Origin: Diadema antillarum
Taxonomy: Eukaryota
NCBI RefSeq assembly: GCF_040938485.1
Contig: NW_027271431.1
Span: forward strand, 2,418,001-2,482,000
Length of the DNA stretch: 64,000 bases
Reading direction: 5' to 3'
This document shows positions 1 to 11,461 of the stretch, in pieces. Numbering within the stretch: position 1 is the stretch's first letter; every line of letters begins with the position of its first letter. The translations under genes were made by a program, and so were the position numbers. The notes beneath the pieces were generated by a model. It did not search any database, was not told the DNA's origin, and saw only the letters and a program-made list of their open reading frames with translations.

Positions 1-890
1 TCTTTCATGAGGACATGAACAAAATGCGAAGAAATTTTCTGAAGAAAAATAACCCATATTCAACCCCTTCTGCCGCATACATCATACAAGATTGTAGCCA
101 AAATAATTCATGATATCATTACAATCCTGCTGGGCACCAAGAGCGCAAAAAAAAAAAAAAAGAGAGAAAAATACCTCCAGCAAGTTGAAAAGCGCATGTA
201 TACTTGCACTGCTGTTTAGAAAAAAAAATCACAGACGCATATTATACAATCTGAATTTGTTCATCATCACTTTACACAGTATTTCACAAACGAAAATGTT
301 CATTCTTTCTGAATAGTTCAATACACATATAAGGAAGAATATAGGTATAGAAAGCATCACGAATATTACCTATAATGCATGCGTACTTTTTATAGAACGC
401 ATAGTGTACAACTTACGGTGTATTCGAAGAGATTTTCGGAAGAAAAATAAATAACGGATTAATATTTTCAACCCTTCTTTTCTCTGCTTCTTTTTCGTAT
501 CAATTCACAAAAATGGTTCTTTTTTGTTCTATCTGAATCGTATCAGTGATCTATTCTCGTGTAATAACAACGCACAGAATTGTCATGGTAGGTTTGATTG
601 GTTGGTGCGACTCTGAGCTTGCCATTGTGGGAAGTGGTTCGTGATTTATGTATGCCCCCCCCCCCCCCCACTCTGCTTGGGTGTATAAGCTCTTCATGCA
701 GTTTCAGAGCGGCATCATCCATTCTAAGCTTGCCCGACATCATAATGATGGGATTACGTTCATATGTTTAGACCATGAGAATGGTCAGTCATTTCGCATT
801 ATAATACATGGTGAAACCGTCTATGAGCTCCTTGTTTTGCATTGACTGCATAACCACACATTTCTGTTGATATTGCTATATTCTACGCAT

Positions 891-1200
891 AAAGGACGTC
901 ATCACCTTAACATACATGTGGATTTAGCGAATGTGGCAATATCAGTTAGTATAACACACAGCGAAAGTTTGAGGATAATTGGACAATCCGTTTAGAAGCT
1001 AACATTTTTTTGAAGTTTCAGTGCCACCATCGGTGGATGAGAAGACAACTTCGCTTTGTGATGCCACATGTGAACAACAATACAAAAAAAAAAAAAATGT
1101 AGAGAAAATTTAACATTTCATTTTCACGTTGCTCACAAGAGTGCACTTATCTTGCCTCTTCAATATAAGGCAGGAGGGAATAATATTACCCTTAACATAC
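891..1200. mobile_element. Degenerate arm of a TTAA-targeting (Kolobok-like) MITE
   Basis: aaaggacg...gtggatt...gaaagtttgaggataattggacaatccg...ggatgagaagac aligns by eye with the reverse complement of 59905-60097 and with the arms of 45425-45985. Confidence 0.65.
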
Positions 1201-1836
1201 GTACTTCAATTACTTGACGAGGAAATGTGTACTATTTTTTTTTCAAAAAAAATAAATTTTGTGGAATTCTCTTTTTATTTTCTTTATATCCACATAGCTC
1301 TACGCATGTGACATCGCTGTTTTGTCATTCAGCAGTGACTCAGAAACTTTAAGAATTTTTGGCTCTTTAGGGTTTGAGAGATTGGTGATTAGTAATCTTT
1401 TCGTTTTATTACCATCCCCCCGCCCCCACCCCCCGCTCGAAAGAAAAGGCCGAGGGTCAATGCATTGTTTCCCAACCCCCTTAGAAAACATGTTAACCTC
1501 TCTAAGAATGCAGAAGTTGTTCTATTAGGTCTGATTTAGTGGAGGATATAATAATGGTGTACTCTCTCCGAGTATGATCTGTTTTGGCAACCTTGTATAA
1601 GTTTAGTCAATCTCCAGAAACCACTTACTGATTAACGATTGCATCTCTTTGTCTCCTGCGTAAAAAAAAAAACGTAATTGTCTTGGAGTGAAGATGCAGT
1701 TATTAAATGCATCATGCTACAAGAAGAGACATAAATAAGAAACATGTTTATTAGTTGAGCAGGCATGAAATGGATTGATGCTTGACTTGGTCAAAAGTGT
1801 ACCTTTGGAAAGAATTCAGTAGAATTGTTCAAGCTG

Positions 1837-1963
1837 GTAAGCATATATTTTTCATATGATTTTATTGTCCTAAAATGCAAAATGATCTTGAAATGACAAA
1901 ATGGTCTTTTGATTGCAATGCAAGCATCCTTTAGAGCTTCAAGTGTTTCTTGTTTCTTTTCAG
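1837..1963 (+). other. Putative 5'-UTR intron of the lengsin-like gene
   Basis: Donor ctg|gtaagc at 1837; pyrimidine tract plus cag ending at 1963, 15 nt before the ATG. Confidence 0.55.
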
Positions 1964-1978
1964 GTACCTTGTTCCACT

Positions 1979-3316
1979 ATGGCTCTTGAAACCATTCTTC
2001 AGAAGCTTGATGAGGAAAACATTGCCTTTGTCAGATTTGAACAGACTGATGTGTATGGAGTTGCCCGTTCAAAGACAATTCCAGCACGTCATTTTGCAGA
2101 AAAGGCATCTGGAGGACTGAACTTTTATCTTGGACACTTGGGTTATGATCCTCAGGCAGGGTTTGTGCCAGACAGTGCATACACTGCTGCCGCAGGTCAC
2201 TGTGATGCGGTATGTTTTCCCGATTTCAGTACATTCCAGGTCATCCCATGGAGCAAGAGGACTGCACGCATTCTCATCGAGCCCACCTTCCATGGTAAGC
2301 TGGTGGAGGCACACCCAAGAGTGGTGGCTCGAAGGCAGCTGGACAAGCTGAGTGCCATGGGGTTTTCGCTTCTGTCAGCTCATGAGCATGAGTTCTACCT
2401 CGTTGACAAAGCAACTCGTAAAACTGTGAATGATGACGTGAACATCAGATCGACAATCCGTCTGGCTGCATATGAGGATGTCATTCACACCATAATGGAC
2501 GGGATGGTAGTAGCGGGGGTCGATGTGGAATGTGCAGAGACGGAGTACGGACCTGGTCAGACAGAAATTTCGTACAAGCCAGCGTTTGGGATCCGAGCAG
2601 CTGACAATGCACACACCTTCAAGACAGGTATCAAAGAGATGGCACTCAAGAATGGGTATATGGCAACGTTCATGTCTAAACCATTTCCAGACAAGAGCGG
2701 CAGTGCTTGTCACTTCTGTCACTCTTTGTGGGATGCTGAAGGTAAGGTACCACTTCTTTATGATGCTGGTAGTCCTACAGGATTGTCCGAGGTAGGCCAG
2801 TATTGGTTAGCCGGTTTGTTGGAACACACCCCCGCCATATGTGTGCTGATGGCACCCACCGTAAACTGCCTGAAGCGGTTTTTACCATACTCGTTTGCTC
2901 CATATAATGCCACCTGGGGGAACGATAACCGGAGTACAGCTGTGAGAATAAAGGTCAATGGAAGAAAGGGGACGTACCTGGAGAATCGTCTCGGCGCAAG
3001 TGGCTGCAACCCCTATCTATCTCTTGCTGCCACAGTTGCTGCAGGACTGGACGGCATCCAGAGGAGACTGCCCCTACCGCCATGTGTGGCTCCATCAGAC
3101 TCCGCCTACGATCCAGCCTGCGTGCCGGCTGGTACCAAACAAGTGCCTTGTAACATGAAGGAGGCCATGAGGGCGCTGCATGACGATGACATCATCCGAT
3201 CAGCACTGGGTGAGGAGTTCATTGAGTGCTTCCTGGCTGCCAAGAGGCATGAATTGTCCTTGGAGGAGAAAAATGAAGCGGGCTGGGAGCAAAAGATGTT
3301 TTTTGAATATATGTAA
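1979..3316 (+). CDS. LGSN: Lengsin-like / class I glutamine synthetase-family protein, 445 aa, single coding exon
   Basis: Open frame from ATG 1979 to TAA 3316. The TTG start at 1913 in the ORF track lies in an intron (acceptor tttctttt-cag ends at 1963; candidate donor gtaagc at 1837). Motifs FVRFEQTD.YGVARSKTIP, GFSLLSAHEHEF, ETEYGPGQTEI, FGIRAADNA, CHSLWD, WLAGLL.H, TWGNDNRS, YLENRLG and NPYLSLAATVAAGLDG match vertebrate lengsin and GSI as I recall them. Confidence 0.9.
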   Translation: MALETILQKLDEENIAFVRFEQTDVYGVARSKTIPARHFAEKASGGLNFYLGHLGYDPQAGFVPDSAYTAAAGHCDAVCFPDFSTFQVIPWSKRTARILIEPTFHGKLVEAHPRVVARRQLDKLSAMGFSLLSAHEHEFYLVDKATRKTVNDDVNIRSTIRLAAYEDVIHTIMDGMVVAGVDVECAETEYGPGQTEISYKPAFGIRAADNAHTFKTGIKEMALKNGYMATFMSKPFPDKSGSACHFCHSLWDAEGKVPLLYDAGSPTGLSEVGQYWLAGLLEHTPAICVLMAPTVNCLKRFLPYSFAPYNATWGNDNRSTAVRIKVNGRKGTYLENRLGASGCNPYLSLAATVAAGLDGIQRRLPLPPCVAPSDSAYDPACVPAGTKQVPCNMKEAMRALHDDDIIRSALGEEFIECFLAAKRHELSLEEKNEAGWEQKMFFEYM

Positions 3317-4279
3317 TTCAACTGATATTCAAGTGTAGTGAAGGCCGGTACAATTTCAGGGATACGAAGAAGTCTCCGGTCAGTCTCACTGATAAGCTGT
3401 CATTCTTTTGATGGCTACATTCCTTGCACATAAATTTGTCTGTGTCAAACGTGCAAAAGTCAATTTTCAATCAAATCAGACCAAAGATAATATTTCAGAT
3501 TAAACGCATTATTTCTGCAGAAGTCGAATGACCAAATTAAATGCAGACTTAGTCATTAGCAACTGAGTTCAATCTCAGATTAAACAGATATGATTATGCA
3601 ATGATAGACATTTTAGCAGGATAGAAATATTTGCAGTTTTTTGTGAACATTTCTGTGGGGAAAATGAGCTACAAATTGGTTTAGTCAGTAGGATCCAGAC
3701 CTTTGGGCCATTAAGGTAACCGTGCATGTGGTGACCATATTGATAATACACCTTTTGCCTTGTTTTGTTTTCATGGCCATGTGATTATCAGGTCTTGTAC
3801 TTTCTAATGTGTCAATATCAGTAATTGATACCTCTGTCCGCATGGGTGCTCTTGATACTGTACTGTGCGAAAATACACCAGATGGTGGACTGCACTTATT
3901 CAGAAGAAGAGAAGGAGGAGGAGGTCATTTGGCACACAAAGTGTGTTCATTATATATATACATACATTTGTACTGTATAAAAAAAAATCTACTACCAGTG
4001 GAACCTATACTAGATGCGAAATTTACATAATATTGTATTTTTCATTCGTGTGATATTCTATTCTATATCATTCTTTCATGCTAATCCTGTAATCCGCATT
4101 CTGTATGAGTCTATATAGCAAGAGTGGATTTTGAGGTATCATGTGAATACAGTGTGCTTGTTCACTCAAAGACAAGGTAGACACTTCCCAAACATATTTG
4201 AATTGCGTTGCATTAAAGCATTAAAATATATATACCTGATGTAGGCACCTATGGATTTGATATACCGCGTATGCAAGTA

Positions 4280-5132
4280 CAGTATATGTCAAAAAAAAAA
4301 ATTACAACCTGACCTTCCGCAATGATAACTTAAAAAATAGTGAATCAGTCCTTATACAATTTCAGGGTACGAAACTACAACTCCTTGCCCACATCTTCCA
4401 GAAAATCCCATTCGATTTGCATTCAGTGGTCAAAGAGAAATGAGGAATTTTGTAGAGCATGTGAAGAATCTCTTCCCTCCAAGTTCTGTCTATTGTGTTC
4501 ACACACAAGAGGATCCAAGTGCTATGACTTGGAAAAATCAGACTCATGACATGCTTTACAAAAATCCACATAAAGACAAATATTTGCAGAGGTTACATAA
4601 AATAAGTGTGCGTAACAACTCGTGCTTGTCACTGAGAATTTAATGCACAATCACGTTACGCGTTGCTGAACTCTTTTGCCTTTGGCATTGCCAAGGCATT
4701 GCCAACTTTTACAAACTTAATCTCCGCAATGATAACTTAAAAAATAGTGAATCAGTCCTTATACAATTTCAGGGTACGAAACTACAACTCATTGCCCACA
4801 TCTTCCAGAAAATCCCATTCGATTTGCATTCAGTGGTCAAGGAGAAATGAGGAATTTTGTAGAGCATGTTAAGAATCTCTTCCCTCCAAGTTCTGTCTAT
4901 TGTGTTCACACACAAGAGGATCCAAGTGCTATGACTTGGAAAAATCAGACTCATGACATGCTTTACAAAAATCCACATTTCTCTATGACCACTTAACCAA
5001 ATTGAATGGCGTTTTCTACAAAATAGAGCTAAGATGTAATATTTTAAACCATGAAGTAGCATTTAGACAATTTAATCATATTGGGTGTTGGAAATGCGAA
5101 AATTTGATTGTAATTTTTTGGGGGACATACTG
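4280..5132 (-). mobile_element. Tc1/mariner-type MITE copy 1, enlarged by an internal duplication and insertion
   Basis: TA at 4278-4279, then CAGTATATGTC; ends GGGGGACATACTG at 5132. The body is the reverse complement of the copies at 5135-5565 and 9693-10146. Confidence 0.8.
4316..4978 (+). repeat. 256-bp direct duplication (4316-4571 / 4723-4978) with a 154-bp copy of 6728-6881 between the copies
   Basis: Direct comparison: 3 mismatches between the duplicates; 1 mismatch between insert 4570-4723 and donor 6728-6881. Confidence 0.92.
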
Positions 5133-5134
5133 TG

Positions 5135-5565
5135 CAGTATGTCCCCCAAAAAATTAGAATCAGATTTTCGCATTGATAACACCCAATATGATAAATCTGT
5201 CTAAATGCTACTTCAGAGTCTTAGCTCTATTTTGCAGAAAACCCCATTCAATTTGGGTAAGCGGACACAGAGAAATGGGGATTTTTGTAAAGCATGTCAT
5301 GAGTCTGATTCTTCCAATTTTAGCACTTCGATGCTCTTGTGTGTGAATACAATATAGACAGAACTTGGAGGAAAGAGATTTTTGACATCCTCCACAAAAC
5401 TCCTCATTTCTCTTTGACCACTGAAGCAAATTGAATGGGTTTTTCTGTAAGATGTGGGCAATGAGTTATAATTTCATACCCTGGATTTATATTTAGATTG
5501 ATTCACTATTTCTAAAGATATCCTTGCGGAGGGTCCCGTTGTAATTTTTTTGTTGGGACATACGG
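5135..5565 (+). mobile_element. Tc1/mariner-type MITE copy 2 (431 bp), inverted relative to and abutting copy 1
   Basis: Starts CAGTATGTCCCCC, ends GGGACATACGG, followed by TA at 5566-5567. Separated from copy 1 only by TG at 5133-5134. Confidence 0.8.
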
Positions 5566-7282
5566 TATAATTTGCAAATTATATCCGTCTTGTGCTTTAA
5601 ACTGAGGACTTGCCTTAAAGGGTGTTCAGTGGTAATTCCTCGCAGTTTTCCTGTGTTAGGATTCATTTTAGTATAGAGCAGGTTGATTTTTCATGTGTTT
5701 TTCTCTTTTTTTTTTGCTTAAGAGAGAGTAAAGATAATTCACTTTTTAGTGTAACATTAATGTTGTATAAATGATTGTAGATTTGCTATAAAGATTCTTG
5801 CCACAAACCACAAAACACCGTTTGCTCGACTACACTGTTGTATTATTTACGTGTAAAGCTGCATGAACCAATACAAATTGTGGGTTTTCTCATTACAGGT
5901 AATATTTGTTCCAACAAAAGACTATTACAGAGGTGGTGACACATCCATTATTTGATACAATGTAGTAGTGCCTACATGGTGATTCAACAATGATTTTCAC
6001 TTAAATACACTGTAGGAAATTTTATGTATGTGACTTGTAACTTAATGTCATCATCACGTCTTCACAAAATACAGTTGGAGGCACAGCAGATTCACATTAT
6101 TATAGATCGTATGCATTAGTTACGACATGTACCCTAAGCAGTACTGAATACTAGTATATAGGTAGTAGTGCTGAGCTTATGGAAACTAATTGAATTAAGG
6201 TATTATTGGAAACAAAAGAGACATATGATATCCAAAGAATTTGTTTTTGTAAAGAACACAGAAAAGCAGTGAAGAAATGTGGGAGTGCTTGCTTATCATC
6301 TCATTCTTCTTTTTTTCAGTATATTTCGTCAGTGCAATATATTGCACTTATCAAGTCCTTGAATCGAACACCGGCTTTGTCGTACCCCCGTCATCGTATC
6401 TAAATAGTGACTACGCACATGTTTTCGTTTTCTGCTCATCGTAACGGAAATGGCAGGATATGGGTTTGTTTGGGTTTTTTTAAAGTGAAAGAAAACCGCA
6501 CATTTTCTTTTTAATCACCAGTCCTGAAGAAGGACTGTATAAATCCTCTGAATAAATCAGATGTCAGACTTGTCTCTTGAATGTACATGAATATTCATTG
6601 TTTTGTGATGTCAAATATTTGTAGTGCCAACCCATGTCACATTTTACCATTGGGTCAACAGATGATTATGCATATTCGGATTTGCTGGTCATTGAATGGA
6701 TTTCGAATTGGGTGTAATACAAGTAGTATAAAGACAAATATTTGCAGAGGTTACATAAAATAAGTGTGCGTAACAACTCGTGCTTGTCACTGAGAATTTA
6801 ATGCACAATCACGTTACGCGTTGCTGAACTCTTTTGCCTTTGGCATTGCCAAGGCATTGCCAACTTTAACAAACTTAATCTATGCAAGGTTCTATTTCAT
6901 GACAGTGATTCGCATTCATAATGTATTGTAAATGCTGATCATAAGTGATAACAGAAGTTACGACTTGCGAAGTAGCGATATGACGCTGTCGGTGACAACA
7001 GCTGTCATGAAATCAGTAAATCTTTACCTCTGATATTTTTACCTGTGACATTTTGTCTTGTTACCGTTGTAATGGAGCAGAAAATTGCATATTGATGATT
7101 TGCATGTGAAGCCACTGTTTCAATATTTCGTTGATAAGAAGACACTACATGTATTTTGGATAAATGCTGGGATATAGTCTATTTTTCTAAAATAAAGTAT
7201 GATTATCAGCTGCCATGGTGAATGGGATTTTACAGAGTGCCACTCTGTTTTCTTGATATATCAGTGAGGTGAGTTGGCTCAG

Positions 7283-7640
7283 GGCGGTGAGTTGGCTCAG
7301 TCGGTAGCGCGTCTGCCTCACGATCACGCGGCCCGGGTTCGAACCCGAGTCTGGACTGAGCAATGTTGTGTGTAAACATACCGTCCCCTCTAGCAAGAGG
7401 CAAAACACTCTGTCCCTCGGATAGGACATAAAATGGAGGTCCCGTGTATGAGAGAGTCACAGCTCATGCACGTAAAAGATCCCGCTTCATTCATTCATCG
7501 CAAAGAGCAGGGTGTCTAACCCGGTGAAGTGGTCCCACCCCACATCCAACTGGACCCCATGGAAGACCAGCTTATTGTAGCTGAATATGGGCTATCCAGC
7601 CATCTTCACAGATGGAAAATGAACAACATGAACAACAACA
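7283..7640 (+). mobile_element. tRNA-derived SINE with a Deu-domain (DeuSINE-like)
   Basis: A-box TGGCTCAGTCGG (7293-7304) and B-box GGTTCGAACCC (7336-7346). Central GGAT..GAC.TAAA..GAGGTCCCGT...ACGTAAAAGATCCC...AAGAGCAGGG...CCCGGTG resembles the Deu-domain consensus as I recall it. (AAC)n tail. Confidence 0.8.
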
Positions 7641-8470
7641 GTAGAATGTTAATAGAAAATGTTGAAAAAATGTTTCTTTGAATTGCATATATTTTGTCCT
7701 CTGATCATGATTAAAATTGAGTTGAATAAAACAAACGTTTAAAATGGAATTCCATGGAGGGTTTGTTATGTAGTCATATATCGCGATGTTTATTCAGGAT
7801 TCGTAATTATTTTATGTCATTAACAAAATCATAGTAATCGCAAGAAGTAGGGCCTACATTTTACTAATGTAATTCATGTCAATATAAATTTTGAAATTAC
7901 AAAAATCAATGTTATTTTCCAAGCTTCAAAATCGAAAGATTAACCACATTCGACTACAGACTAATTTTCAAGACGCCTCTGAGAAAACAAATCCACAAAA
8001 GCCAGCCACGTCGGAGCTGCATTTCTGTTTTGAATAGCACATAAGTTCTTTAATTTGAACATTCAATGGCAATACCCCCTAAAAAAGTAAGTGCTTTTTG
8101 TTTTCTTTTGTTTGTATGTTATTTTGCTTACTCGAATGCAAAGTACATGTATTGAGTGTATGTCAACGGGTGATACGAAGCTCTTAGTTGCCTACACACA
8201 ATACTCAATCAGTCAGTGTCACTTTATATTTAGCAAGGTGAATAGAGGGTCATTATAGCTGTTGTACCTTCTAATGTTCACTGCGACATACAGTACATAA
8301 TATGTATAACATTTTGTGTAATTACAAATCTTGTCCGTATGCCTTAAGCTGAATGACGAAGATAGACAACGTCCAGACAAGTTGTGTACAACAAATTTCG
8401 TTTATAAACCTTAAGATGACCAAACCACTAAAGTTCTTTGTGATATGAAAAGTTAGCCTATACCTACCAA

Positions 8471-8578
8471 AGGGACGGATCCAGAAATTCCGTAAAGGAG
8501 GGAGGGGGGCGCAAAGCAGTTTATTTACCACTTCCGGTTTTAGTCAGCTGACAAGCAAAAAAAAAAAAAAAAAAAAAA

Positions 8579-8627
<49 letters not shown>

Positions 8628-8653
8628 GGCGCCCCCTCGTGGATCCGCCACTG
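8471..8653. mobile_element. Short TIR element of the GGCGGATCC type carrying poly(A) and (TA)n
   Basis: Left end agggacggatccag, right end tggatccgccactg; internal A-run and (TA)n at 8581-8624. Confidence 0.55.
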
Positions 8654-9244
8654 CTAACAGTATCTAATTGTTACAATATGATTTAGTGCCAAATATTATT
8701 AGCTCACTTGAACCAAAAGGCTCGGCTATTCGATTGATCAGTCATTATCCGGCGTCCTTCATGCCTAAATTATACATTTTTAACCTCTTGTTTGAAAACC
8801 TCCTGACAGATTTTCACCAATGTCTGCAAGTAGCATCCCTATGAGGGTGATAGGATTTCACTAGGGCAGCGTGGTCAGAGCCGTCGAATCAAGATCTTCT
8901 TTTTTCTTTCTTTCTTTTTAGCAAATTTTCTCCAGTCAGAAGTGTATAGAGCTAAACTGATGTTATATTAATGAATAAGTAGATGGATAATTGTAGTTTA
9001 ATGTTTGTTCCTGGCAGGAACAGGGTGCTCCTCATGGAGGACGGAAATCAGGGCCAAATTCTTACATTTTCATTTTCCTCAATTGATATTATGAGAAAGA
9101 AGATTAGTTTGTGTTTAGTTTCAAATTTGTTCTTGGCAGATTTCGGTTTCCCGGGGACGAGAAATTTGTCACATTGTCTATTGAGTTAACAGTCTGCAGG
9201 AAAGCGTTAAAGATGAACGTGTGATATTCAGATGAGCGCGAGAC

Positions 9245-9445
9245 CGCCGGGTCACCATGGTTGGACAGAGTAAAGTGACGGTACGTGTAGGTGTACCAGC
9301 TCATTTTTTTTTTTTCGTCTTACAACGACAACCGAGTTTTCCAGCGTGCAATCATTCAGAGCGGTGTGTTGGGAGAAGATCTCCTTATCATGAGCGACGA
9401 CGATATCGACGATATGGCAGAAGAATTCGTCGATTCACTGCAAAT
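9245..9445 (+). pseudogene. Decayed fragment paralogous to domain 1 of the downstream cholinesterase-like gene
   Basis: VTMVGQSK...NDNRVFQRAIIQSGVLGEDLLIMSDDDIDDMAEEFVDSLQ versus ITIVGQGK...NDNQVFQRAIIQSGVLEDDLHIMSDDDAEDLADEFADSLQ (about 12393-12577). The frame is broken by a short insertion and a T-run expansion near 9304-9315. Confidence 0.85.
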
Positions 9446-9692
9446 GACTTCGAAACCAACTACGATGATGACGAAACTTCCGACAACGAATCCACCCAAG
9501 GTCTTCAGTATTCATTGGCTTGGACCTAACGGTAGAAGACACCAGCAGGCCGGGGGCGGATCCCACCCTCCCTCCCCTCTTTTTTTAAGGTTAAGTCAGG
9601 CAAGGAGCCTGCAGATCGACGATACTGCTCCCGTTTTCAAGCGATTCAAACAAAATGTGGCACACAATGTTGACGTCAGGGAAATACATGTA

Positions 9693-10146
9693 CTGTATGT
9701 CCCCCGAAAATTTACAATCGGATTTCTGCATTGATAACTTCCAATATGATCAAACTGTCTGAATGCTATTTCAGGGTCTAACAATATAACATCTTGCCTA
9801 TATTTTGCAGAAAACCCCATTTGATTTGGTTGAGTAGTCACAGAGAAATGGGAATTGTTGTGAAGCATGTCGTTGTTGTGATTCTTCCAAGTTTAGCACT
9901 TGTATTCTCTTGGAAATGCATATCAATGTGTGAATTAACACAATGGACCGAACTTGGAGGAAAGGGATTCCTGACATGCTCAACACTGATCTTCATTTCT
10001 CTTTGACCACACAAGCAAATCAGATTGTATTTTCTGTAAGATGTGGGTAATTGGTTGTAGTTTCATATCCTGAAATTGTATTTGGATTGATTCACCATTT
10101 TTAAAGTTATTACGGACGGTCCCATTGTAACTTTTGGGACATATGG
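9693..10146 (+). mobile_element. Tc1/mariner-type MITE copy 3 (454 bp), same family as 4280-5565
   Basis: TA at 9691-9692 and 10147-10148; termini CTGTATGTCCCCC and GGGACATATGG; body homologous to 5135-5565. Confidence 0.8.
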
Positions 10147-10239
10147 TATAGGCTTACAGCAAGTCAAATTTTCAACACCAGCCGAAAGTGTAATGTCACG
10201 GTACCAGAACATTATTGCCCACAATTATGGAATTCTTCT

Positions 10240-10460
10240 ACAGTTGATGAGAATGATAATAATAATGATGATAATAATAATGATAATAATAATGTTTATA
10301 ATAGCTTTTTGTACATAGCACGTTTTAGTCTTGTTAAGAATTTCGTACGGTTTATTGCCCCAGTCACTGGATACATTTTCCAACCAGCACTGACATTCCT
10401 CACGTCTCCACCCCCTGGGAAGCATTCCAACCAGTCGCTCTTAGAATAGTGTATGCCCTG
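10240..10460 (-). repeat. Possible SINE/LINE 3'-end remnant with (AAT/GAT)n tail
   Basis: (AAT/GAT)n next to ttattgccccagtcactggatac...cctgggaagcattcca, resembling a common invertebrate SINE tail from memory only. Confidence 0.3.
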
Positions 10461-11461
10461 AGCATTTCATTAAGTGGATCTTAAATATCTTACACGAAGT
10501 TAAAAGCTGAATTATCATCTCAATCAAAGCCACACCAACCCTATGAAAGGATGTACACTTCTCAGTTGTGTAGGACTAATTATACATGTAAACTTCACTG
10601 CTTCGTACTTTTTTTGCCAATTTTTGTAGTGGTGTTGGTTGCCGTTTCTTCTATCCTCCAACATGATAAGCTTTGTGATGTAATGTAAAACATTATTGTT
10701 GTATGGGAAAATGTAGATTGACCCTTTAAACTTTAAATCAAAGTGATGTTCTGAGTAAAATGTATGCGCCATTGGAAAAATTTTTAAACATTGAAATAAA
10801 ATGGCGAAAGTTGTTTGTTATGTGAAGACAGATCTTGTCGATTAAAGAGTATGTATGCGCGTAGAGCACACTACAGAGTGGACTTGGCGTAATATAAATT
10901 CATATCTTTATACAGTATCATTATTATTTTAAAAAAAATCATACAACTGCATTTTCTTCTGGTTACGACCATTGAGGCATTTTTAAAATCGCTGCAAGGT
11001 ACCTTATTCTCCTTTCTTTTGGATGATGGTTAGATGTTTAGCCAGTCGGGCGTTGTTATGATTAGTGTTATGATTAACTGAAAAAAATAAAAACTTTAAC
11101 CAGCACCAGTCAACAGAAGCGTATTTCATCAAAAAGCTGTAGGGTCTACGTCTATTTGTCGTGTACAACTGTACTGGCAAATCTCGTCTGAGATGACGCA
11201 TTTCATTGACTGACTGAGATAAAAAAAGAAAAAACGCAGTAAAATACATAACTTTATCAACACGAGTGATTTATAGATTTTTTCCACCCACAAAAAACGC
11301 AAAGAGCAAATAACTTGAGGGGAGGGAATCATCGGTGCAGGGGCGATCTTCAGCTGGAACTATTGTCCACCTCACGACCTGATACGGACTGGCATCCCTG
11401 CCAACTACGCGGGACAAAGTCCGTGCTATCTCGTGCCGTTATTCATTCTCTGCGCTCTCAC

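Noticed and set aside
543-845. Short ORFs faintly like a LINE reverse-transcriptase C-terminus
   Set aside because: No diagnostic RT motif; interrupted by a C-run. Needs a translated search.
1913-1978. N-terminal 22 aa of the 467-aa ORF (TTG start)
   Set aside because: Eukaryotic locus; the segment contains a pyrimidine tract and acceptor (1963), and the first ATG is 1979.
1979-3316. Recent horizontal transfer or bacterial contamination of glnA
   Set aside because: The motifs match the animal lengsin lineage along the whole length, there is a spliceosomal acceptor upstream, and the flanks carry animal repeats. A phylogeny would settle it.
4316-4978. CRISPR-like repeat-spacer-repeat
   Set aside because: Only two 256-bp repeats inside a MITE, the spacer is a local copy, no cas genes, eukaryotic context.
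7283-7355. tRNA gene
   Set aside because: A and B boxes are present, but there is no clean acceptor stem and the sequence continues into a SINE body and tail.
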